Below, piece after piece: positions 53,123 to 62,672 of a stretch of DNA of 64,000 nt. The DNA lies in the NCBI GenBank assembly GCA_038087875.1, contig JAXLNO010000275.1:1-64000 (forward strand), read 5' to 3'. The notes below the pieces were generated by a model that worked only from the letters and a program-made list of their open reading frames with translations, had not been told where the DNA came from and searched no databases. This DNA comes from Malacoraja senta. Its lineage: Eukaryota. Positions within the stretch are counted from its first letter, which is position 1. Each line of letters starts with the position of its first letter. The position numbers and the translations under genes are program-made.

Positions 53123-53190
53123 TGTGTGTGTGCGCGTGTGTGTGTATGTGTGTGTGCGTGTGTGTGTGTGTGTCCATGTGTGTGTGTCCA
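52421..53190. repeat. Long (TG)n microsatellite
   Basis: Seen directly. Confidence 0.97.
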
Positions 53191-53469
53191 TATACACTGT
53201 GACCTGTACTGTGCAGCCTGGCCTCTCTTGCCTTCCATACCCTTGCCCTTGGAGCAAGACCTCACACTGGCAAATCCATGGCGATAGCTAGTGCACAATG
53301 TCCACCCTTCCTTTAAATAATTTGCTGAACAAAACCAGGACTTCAGTGTTAGCAGAAGACAGAAGACAAGGCTGGAGTAACTCAGCGGGTGCAGCAAAGT
53401 GCCTTGGCACATTGAGTTACTCCAGCCTTTTGAGTCCGTCTTTGGTTTAAACCAGCACCTGCAGTTCCT

Positions 53470-53509
<40 letters not shown>

Positions 53510-53754
53510 TATTGTTAAACTCAGGCATTCCTTGGATCCAGCCTTGACCATATAATAAGCCACATCACACAGGCCACCACCTTTATCCTGCTGCAGAATG
53601 AAGGAGCAACTTGCCCTCCTGTCTGCATGCTGCTGAACTGTTCAGGACCAGGGACAGCTCCAAGCAGGAAAGACCAGAGGTTTAACGACATCATACAGCA
53701 CACACACAGGCTCTTCTGCCCACAGCTCGGTGCTAACCCTCAGCCCAGATAAAC

Positions 53755-54180
53755 CAATCTCCCATTGACTCCATCTACACCTCACGCTGCCTCGGCAAGG
53801 CCAGCAGCATCATCAAGGACCAGTCGCACCCCGGCCACTCCCTCTCCCATCGGGCAAGAGGTACAGAAGTGTGAAAACGCACACACACCTCCAGATTCAG
53901 AGACAGTTTCTTCCCAGCTGTTATCAGGCAACTGAACCATCCTACCACAACTAGAGAGCGGTCCTGAACTACTATCTACATCATTGGTGACCCTCGGACT
54001 ATCCTTGCTCGGACTTTGCTGGCTTTACCTTGAACTAAACGTTATTCCCTCATCATGTATCTGTACACTGTGGACGGCTCGATTGTAATCATGTATTGTC
54101 TTTCCGCTGGCTAGTTAGCGGGCAACAAAAGCTTTTCACACTACCTCGGAACACGGGACAATAAACTAAATCTGAACTGA
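53755..54180 (+). mobile_element. Rex1/Babar-clade LINE 3' end
   Basis: Translates SIYTSRCLGKASSIIKDQSHPGHS...RYRSVKT...SRFRDSFFPAVIRQLN, the Rex1-type C-terminal motif, followed by a 3' UTR ending acaataaactaaa. Confidence 0.75.
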
Positions 54181-56369
54181 ACGGAGAAATACAGCAAAGA
54201 TACAGGCCCTTCAGCCCACAGCATCCATGCTAGCCATCAGCACTCATTTAGACTAATCCTTTACTGATTACATTCCCGTCAATAACTCTTAACTTTCATT
54301 ACCCACCTGCACACTAGAGAGGAATTGCCAATCTATCAATCCACCCGGTCGTTGGGATGTGGGAGGAAACCGCAGCACCCGGGGGGGGGGGGGGATCTGT
54401 GGACTCAGAAGGGGAACATGCAGACTCCACATAGACAGCATCGGAGAGCAGAAACAAACCCAAATCTTTGCAGAGGAATGAACAAAGCTGTGGCCAAGAG
54501 GCCACCACTCTATTGCTCTTCTGACAGAGGTCCCCTGTCCATGGGAGGCCAAAGATCACCAAAACCCCGTCCAATAGTGGGAGAGTCTAGGAGTAGAGGC
54601 CGCAGCCTCAGAATTAAAGGACGCACCTTTGAGAAGGAGATGGGGAGGAATTTCTTTAGTCAGAGGGTGGTGAATCTGTGGAATTCTTTGCCACAGACGG
54701 CTGTGGAGGTCAAATCAATGACTATTTGTAAGGCAGAGATAGATAGATTCTTGATTAGTACGGGCGTCAATGGGTTATGGGGAGAAGGCAGGGGAATGGG
54801 GTTAGGAGGGAGAGGTAGATCAGCCATGATTGAATGGCAGAGTAGACTTGATGGGCTGAATGGCCTGATTCTGCTCCTATCACTGTGGACATGAACGTCT
54901 GGACGCCGACAGATCCGCCATTGAGAGGAATCACAGACATGGGAACCCGACTCAGATTAGAGATGTCCTACTTTATTTAACCTCTTCCTCCCCAAGTTAA
55001 CCCCTGCTCTGCCACCGAGCCTCTCCGAACCATGTCTGTTGGCATCTCGAGTTGAGATCTCAACAGTTGGTATCTCAAGATGACTTCGGCCCGACTCGCT
55101 GTCTTTCGACTTGAGAGATACAGCAAAGAAACAGGCCCTTCAGCCCATCAAGTCCATGCCATCCAGCGATCACCCCATACACTAACCTACATGCACTGGT
55201 GACAACTGTACAACTTACCAAAGACAATTACCCCTCAACCGCTCCATGTTGGAATGAGTTACCCATTCCCACTTCCCTCTGGTTATTGGAGTCACTCAGC
55301 GGGACAGGCAGCATCTCTGGAGAGAAGGAATGGGTGATGTTTCTGCCTGTCCCGCTGAGTTACTCCAGCTTTTTGTGTCGATCTTGCTTAGTGAGTATCT
55401 TGGAGGGACGCGAGGACGTTCTAAGCCCCTGGGGCAAACAGGACGGTGCTTTCGAGGGAGACAGCACGGGAGCAATGGGCAGAATGGACTGCAACAAACT
55501 GCAGTTTGCAGTTTTATAAAGATAGCCACCGCATCCCTTTACGGACAAGATGGCCAGATCTTGCAAACCCTCTCGAGAGCTACAAACGGCCAGCTTCCAA
55601 CAAATCTACTAAACTTGTCTTGATGTCTACGTGAGATTCAGTGCGGGGACAGAGAAGATACTTCGGGCAAGGTTGAACAGGAGAAAATGAATAACATCCG
55701 TGGAATCCATGCGGGGGGGGGGGGAGGAGAGGAGCCCTGTAGAGTCGGGCCCTCAGCCGAGGTTGAGAAGCTACAGAGAGGAGAGCCTCTCATGTTTTCA
55801 CATTGCCATTAGTTGGGGAGGAGAGTAGGGTTCCCAATTCCTCCAACGTTGCCCTGGGGGGTCTCGGGGAGTGAGGACCCCATGTCCTGGAATCATCTGG
55901 GAGAGAAAGCTACGCTGAGAGCGTGGGGCGTCCTTCGTTCAATCTCGTTGATCGATCAGTAGCAACGTTGAGAAACGTTGGGGCAGCGAGAATCAACCAA
56001 GGCGTGAAGGGGAGAAGGTTGCGCCCCTTTGGAGGGGGGGGGGGTTGAGCGCGGGGGGAGGGATAGAGGATAAAGTTTTCAGCGGTTGGCAAGTTCGTGA
56101 GGGGCATCGGGGACGGGATGGCGTGACGCACCTCCTGGAGTCATCCAAAGGGAGGTGTCCCCCCCCCCCCAAGAAGGGAACTGAAGATGGGGGTGGAAGG
56201 GGTATTCCAAAAGTGCGCAGGTTCACACAATGGATCCCCCTACACATTGGGGAAGGGAGGGGGGCTTAGAGGGTTGATAGGTTACCCGCCCCCCCCAACC
56301 CTCAGCGCTGTGTGTGTCCTAGCACGGGGTTTTGATTCAAGTTGAGAAGGTGGCGAACACTCAGCTCAC

Positions 56370-57590
56370 CGGGGGGGGGGGGGGGGGGGGTGGGGAGGGG
56401 GGGGGGTGGGAGGGGAGTGGGGGGGGATGAATGGGATTCATGTGGAGCAGAGGAATGGGCAGGAGATTCCAAGCAAGGGATTCAAGGGGCACGGGGAGAG
56501 TGGGAGGGTGAGGCAGGGTTAGCAGGAGGGGAGGGAGGGGAAGGGTGGGCAGATGGGAGAGTGGGCAAGGAGAGGGGTGGAGAGGGAGAGGGAGGAGGGG
56601 AGAGAGCGGGGAGAAAGAGAAAAAGTGAGAGGGGGAGGAGGGAGGGGAAGAGGATGGAGTGAAAAGAAGGGAAAAGAAGGGAAAAGGAGACAGATAGGCA
56701 GAGGGGAGAGGATGGGAGAGGGGGAAGAAAGGCGAGGAGGGTCGTGAGAGGAGTGGGGCGGGGAGGAGGGAAGAGAAGGGGGGAGAGGGGAAATGGGTGG
56801 GGAATGAGAGAGGGGACGGGAACGGGAACAGAGGGGAGAGGAGGGGACATGTGGAGGGAGGATGGGGGAGAAGAGAGAGGGAAGGAGGGGGTAAAGGGGG
56901 AGAGAGTGGGGGGAAGAGACAGAGAGACAGACAGACAGAGACAGAGAGAGAGAGACAGAGAGGGAGAGACAGAGAGAGAGGGGGAGAGAGAGGGTTGGAG
57001 AGAGAGGGTTGGAGAGAGGGGGGAGAGAGAGAGAGAGAGAGAGGGAGAGAGGGGAAGAGAGAGGGGAAGAGAGAGGGGGAGAGACAGGGAGAGAGAGAGG
57101 GAGAGAGAGAGGGAGAGAGAGGGAGAGAGAGGGAGAGAGGTGGGGCTGGTCTGATGGGAGGGCAGGGTGTGGAGTCAAGGGCGGGGAGAGGGAGGTGAGA
57201 AGATCGAGCTGGGATGCCAGAGCTCGGAGTGGGGAATGGAGCGGGAAGGGCAGGTGGGTGGGATGAGAGGCAGGGGAGTCAGATGGTTGGCTTGGAGATG
57301 GGATGGGAGATGTGGGGGGGGGGGGGGGGGGGAGATGAGACCGGGTGGTGGTCCTCAGGTGGGATAGGAGGCAGGAATACCAGAGGAAGGGTTTGGGCTG
57401 ATGTGGGAATAGGAGGCTGGTGGACGGGATGGGCAAGGAGAATGAAGGATGAAACGGCGGGAAGAACAAGGAGCTGGGACACAAGATGGGATGGAGAGGG
57501 AGAGCAGTCAGATGGAGGAGAGGAGGGGAAGAGGAAGAGGTGGTGGGGTGGGATGGGATAAAAGCCAGGGTTAGGGAAGGGGAAGAGGGA
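56370..57590. repeat. G/A-rich low-complexity tract (C/U-rich on the NOVA2 sense strand, putative 3' UTR)
   Basis: Strong purine skew on the plus strand, beginning ~250 nt downstream of the stop codon in the direction of transcription. Confidence 0.8.
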
Positions 57591-57844
57591 ACCCAAATCA
57601 ACTGAAGACAAGGTCTCCATGGATATGCAGCAAACATTATTTACATATACACAGATCTCTGACATTTTATATAATATATTAATACAAGACGTTTTTTTTA
57701 ATTAGATCAAGTACTATATAAGCCCCTTTTTCAGTTTATCTCTCTTTTAAAAAAAAAAAGAAGTGTGGCCACCTGTTTTTTTCGGCGCCGTGCTTGATGT
57801 TTGGGTTAGTTTGGGGTTGGGGTTGGGGTTGGGGTTGGTTTTTT

Positions 57845-58874
57845 TTAGCCGACCTTCTGGAGGTTGGCCGCGCGTACTCCTTGTTCGTACGTGATCCTCT
57901 GGCTGATTAAATACTGTGCGGCCTGCGTGGCTGCGGCCGTGCCCGTGATGGTCACCTTGCGGTTTCTGGTGCCGGGGACAAACTCGCCCTTTTTGGAGAT
58001 CTGGATGCGGGCGCCCGTCAACTCCTGGTACTCCACCAGCGTCTTCCCGCCTTTTCCCAAAATGGCGCCCACCAGGTTCTCCGGCACGGCGATCTCCACC
58101 ACGTCCTTGGCGCCCTCGCCCAGCTTCTCGGCGGCCAGGATGGAGCCGGCGGTCAGCGGCGAGCCGGCGGTCAGCGGCGAGGCGGCGGCGCTGAAGTAGC
58201 CGTTGGTGGCGGCGGTGGCGGCGGCCAGCGAGCCCAGGGAGAAGGTGCCGGTCGGGGCGCTGGCGCCGCCCGACGCCTCGTTGGCGTACGAGGCCAGCAG
58301 GTTGGCGGCGGCGGCGGCCGCGGGGTTGGCGTTGGCCGCAACTGCCGCCAACACGCCGGTGGCCGTGGCCGGGTTGAGGCCCAGCCCCAGCGAGTTGGTG
58401 TTGTAGCCGTAGCTGGCCAGGGTGTTGAGAGCCGAGCTGATGGCCAGCAGGTCGTTGCCGGTGAAGCCCGACAGGCCGGCGGTGAAGCCCGCCACGCCCG
58501 CCAGGTTGGCGTGGCCCAGCAGGCCGGCTGCAGAAGCGGCCGCAGCCGCCGCCGGCAACACCTCGGCCGAGTTGGCGTAGGGGGAGCCGGTGGGGTTGGA
58601 GTTGGCCACCGGCCCCGAGATGTTGGCGTAGCTGATGTTGAGGCAGCTGCCGCTCTGCGGGTCCTCCTGGATCTTCTGAACCATCAGCTCGACGGCCTTG
58701 CGGTTCTGCTCCGACTCGCCGCTCACCGTCACCACCCTCTCCTGCAGGTTGATGCCCTCGGGCTTCTGTGAAAGCTGCACCCCAGGCCCCCGACTGCTCC
58801 ATCACCGCCTTCACCGTCGCCCCACCCTTGCCGATGATCAGCCCGGCCGTGCTGTTGGGCACAATCAGCTTGGC
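57845..58874 (-). CDS. NOVA2: NOVA2-like terminal coding exon (KH2, Ala/Gly-rich linker, KH3), with an apparent +1 frameshift at 58780-58783
   Basis: The acceptor is cccttgcAG at 58875-58876. The exon reads [31 protein letters not shown], continues in the next frame as [22 protein letters not shown]...[53 protein letters not shown]...QKVG, and stops at TAA 57845-57847. [20 protein letters not shown] and GVLAAVAA favour NOVA2 over NOVA1. Confidence 0.92.
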
Positions 58875-58947
58875 CTGCAAGGGTTAAAGCACAAAGAGAT
58901 AGCACAAGCAAGGGTTAGAAACTCAAAGATAGTACAAACAAGGGTTA

Positions 58948-59609
58948 AGGCCCTGTCCCACTTACGTGATTTTTTTCGGCGACTTGCCGGCACCCGTCAT
59001 TGTCGCAGCAGGTCTCTGAAAATTTTCAGACGTGTTGAAAATCCAGCGGGGACCAGAAAAAGGTACGACTCTTTGGACGATGACTCAATGACGATACTCT
59101 TTGGGTGACTACTCACGACCAAAGAGTCGTACCTTTTTCTGGTCCCCGCTGGATTTTCAACACGTCTGAAAATTTTCGGCCACCTATGACGGGTGCCGGC
59201 GAGTCGCCGAAAAAAAAATCGCGTAAGGCGATTTTTTTTTAGGCGACTGTCAATAGCCGCAGCAGGTGGCCGAAAAAACAGCGACTGGACTAACGGGCCT
59301 GTCCCACTTAGGCGATTTTTTTGGGCGACTGCGACAATGGAATTCACCGAAGTCAGCATCGGCGACAACCTACGTCATCCTGGCGACAATCTACGACAAC
59401 ACCTACGTCAGGAGAAGTCAAGATACGACAAGCCCACAGCCGCCGACTGTCGCAGAAAAGTTTTGAACATTTCAAAGTCCAGCAGCGACCAGAAAGACGT
59501 TACGACTCTTTGGGCGACTGAGGAGACGACTCACGGCCACACGACGACCATGTGGCCACAGCCTAGTCGCCTGGAGTGGCCTAAAAAATAGCCTAAGTGG
59601 GACTGGCCC
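58948..59609. mobile_element. Composite PIF/Harbinger-like MITE with an internal hairpin
   Basis: The ends are GGCCCTGTCCCACTTA and TAAGTGGGACTGGCCC with TTA/TAA flanks. A second left end, GGGCCTGTCCCACTTAGGCG, lies at ~59295, and there is a perfect internal 59-bp inverted repeat. Confidence 0.7.
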
Positions 59610-60346
59610 TTAGGGAACTCAAAGACTGAACTGACAGAGGTTAGAAACTCAAAGACAGACACCAAAAAGTGAGGAGGAACTTCTTTAGTCAGAGGGTAGT
59701 TAACCTGTGGAGGCCAAGTCAGTGGATATTTTTAAGGCAGAGATAGACAAATTCTTGATCAGAACGGGTGTCAGGGGTTACTGGGAGAAGGCAGGAGAAT
59801 GGGGTTGGGAGGGAGCGATCAGCGGAGTGGACTTGATGGGCCGAATGGCCTAATTCTACAACTATAACTTATGAAAAGGCTGGAGTAACTCAACAGAGTC
59901 CTTGCTGCCGGCGATATCAGCAGCATCTGAAAACTTGGCCACCAAGCCTTCAATCCCCTTATACAAATATGATAAAGAATTAGATTCTCCAACACTAATC
60001 TTGCTGATATGAAAATTTCTGGACCGCCTTTGCTGGAAAACCCCTGGATTTGCAGATTAGTTGGTCGGGACTGGATAGGCCAGGCTGAGATTGGTCTGTG
60101 TTATTGTGGAGGCCGTGAGTGCGCTCTACTCGTGTCAAATGCTGCCACTAGATGGAGCATCAACACAAGGAATCACCCAGGGATCCATTAAGTACATGGA
60201 GTGTGTTCCCAGAATTATTAATTAAATTGGGAATGCCACTGGAAATCCAAGGCTGGGGAGAACGGGAATCCCGTTCTCCCCAGCCTTGGATTTCCAGTGG
60301 CATTCCCAATTCAATTTAAATGAGGAGCGACGGATGTCGGCGGAAG

Positions 60347-60651
60347 CACGGTGGGGCAGCGGTAGAGTTGCTGCCTCACAGCGCCAGAGACCCGGGTTCG
60401 ATCCTGACTACGGCTGCTGTCTGTGCGGAGTTTTTGCACGTTCTCCCCGTGACCCGCGTGGGATTTCTCCGGGATCTCCCATTTCCTCAGCAGATGTGCA
60501 GGTTTGTGGGTTAATTGGCTTTGGTATAATTGTAAATTGTCCCGAACGTGTGTGTAGGATAGTGTTGGTGTGAGGGGGGGGTCGCTGGTCGGCGCGGAGT
60601 CGGTGGGTGAAAGGGCCTGTTTCCGCGCTGTATCTGGAAGCTAAACTAAAC
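60347..60651 (+). mobile_element. V-SINE (HE1-like)
   Basis: Same diagnostic motifs. Further copies lie near 7800, 15550, 24560, 27220, 30740, 31925, 33695, 39650 and 40730. Confidence 0.8.
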
Positions 60652-62099
60652 AAGATGAAGCGATGGAGGAGCTCAGCGGCTCAGGCAGCATCTCCGGAGG
60701 GCGTGGATAGGCGACGTTTCGGTTCGGGATTAAATTGGTAGGATGTGTCGGAGGGAACTGACCACCCTGGTTTAGACCAAAGAAAGACACAAAATGCTGT
60801 CCAGCAGGACGGGCAGCGCAAGCAACACAACGGGACAGGCGGCATCTATGGAGAGAAGGAATGGATGACGTTTCAGTCTGAAGAAGGATCTCGACCAATT
60901 CCTTCTCTCCAGAGTTACTGCAGCACTTTGCTTCGAGAGTTGAGAGGAGGGTTAACTTAGCGGGAGAAGAAGGAGAGGTGTAACGACATTCTTATTAATG
61001 TTTTATGTGTCATTCCTAACTGTCACTGTATGTCATGTTGTCACTTGTGGGCGGAGCACCAAGGCAAATTCCTTGTATGTGAATAATTGGCCAATAAAAA
61101 CGTATTCGTTCATTGGTACACTGCCATTACACTACAAAAAAATCAATAAAAAAGACACAGAAAACTGGCATTTTTTTTTAAGATAGTTAACCCCCCCCCC
61201 CCCATATTTCAAAGGTTTTTGAAATAGCAATCGTTTCTTGATGGCAAGGTCAGCGAATCTTTGCAATCCTTGCTGCGAGACTGTGTCCCAGTAAGACCGA
61301 TGGATGATTAAGCTAATGTGGGTTTGGAAGATCACCAGGGGATTGTCAGGAGTGAGCCATGCAAAGACAAACCAAATCACTCCAGAAATAGAAGATGGAC
61401 ACAAAAATGCTGGAGCAACTCAGCGGGGCAGGCAGCATCGCTGGCGAGAAGGAATGGGTGACGTTATCGGGTCGAGACCCTTCGGCAGACTGGGATTCAG
61501 GGGAAAGTAAGACGCAGAGATAAAGAATGTAAGGAGTACAGAGTGTAACGCCCACTCCCCTGACATCGGTCTGAAGAAGTGTTTAAGAAAGAACTGCAGA
61601 TGCTGGAAAAATCGAAGGTAGACAAAAATGCTGGAGAAACTCAGCGGGTGAGGCAGCATCTATGGAGCGAAGGAATAGGTGACGTTTCGGGTAAAAGATA
61701 GACACAGAATATGGGCATGTTGTTTAGATAGTTAACCCCCCCGGGCCTTTAGGTTTTTGAAATAGCAATCGTTCTTGATAGCAAGGTCAGTGAAACTTTT
61801 CACCCGCTGAGTTTCTCCAGCATTTTTGTCTACCTTCAGTCTGGAGAAGGGTCTCGACCCGAAACGTCACCAATTCCTTCTCTCCAGAGATGCTGCCTGT
61901 CCCGCTGAGTTACACCAGCATTTTGCGTCCATCTTCGATTTAAACCAGCGCCTGCAGTTCCTTCCTACTCTGCAGATAGCCCTGTGCCCAGCGGATAACA
62001 GGTGCCCGTTCACAGTGGGCATGGTTGGACAGGTATCTCCTACCCAGCAAGAGGGCAATGCCAAGCGGGTGACAACATCTCTACAGTGGGCAGAATGCT

Positions 62100-62672
62100 T
62101 CAGTTTAGTTTATTGTCACGTGTAGCGAGGTAGAGTGAAAAGCTTTTGTTGCACGTGCTAACCAGTCAGCGAAAGACAATACATGATTACAATCGAGCCG
62201 TCCACAGTGTACAGATACGTGATAAGGGAATAACGTTTAGTGCAAGGTAAAGCCAGCAAAGTCCGATAAAAGATAGTCTGAGGGTCACCAATGAGGTAGA
62301 TAGTAGTCAGGACCGCTCTCTGGTTGTGGTAGGGATGGTTCAGTTGCCTGATAACAGCTGGAAGAAACTGTCTCTGAATCTGGAGGTGTGTGCGCGTTTG
62401 TTTTCACACTTCTGTATCTCTTGCCCGAGGGAGAGGGGGGAAGAGGGAGTGGCCGGGGGTGCAGCGACTGGTCCTCGATGATGCTGCTGGCCTTGCCCGA
62501 GGCAGTGTGAGGTGTGGATGGAGTCCAGTGGAAGGGAGGTTGGGTTGCGTGATGGTCTGGGCTGCGTCACAATTCTCTGCGAATGTCTTGCGGTCTTGGC
62601 GGAGCTGTTCCCAAACCGTGCAGCGTGCTTCCCGATAAAATGCTTTCTACGGCGCATCTGTAGAAATTGGTG
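62100..62672 (-). mobile_element. Rex1/Babar-clade LINE 3' end
   Basis: Reverse complement of the 53755 family, extending further 5'. Confidence 0.75.

Noticed and set aside
56342..57665. Pro/Ser/Leu- and Gly/Glu/Arg-rich ORFs
   Set aside because: They are products of the purine-skewed low-complexity tract downstream of the stop codon.
57811..57838. Interstitial telomere
   Set aside because: The unit is TTGGGG rather than vertebrate TTAGGG and has only ~4 copies. It is kept only as a G4 motif.
57747..58880. 377-aa minus-strand ORF as a separate protein
   Set aside because: Only the first ~33 residues are NOVA KH2. The rest is the shifted frame caused by the extra G, and the apparent start codon is intronic acceptor sequence.
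57864..59108. Plus-strand ORFs overlapping the NOVA2 exon
   Set aside because: They are antisense shadows of a GC-rich coding exon with no independent support.
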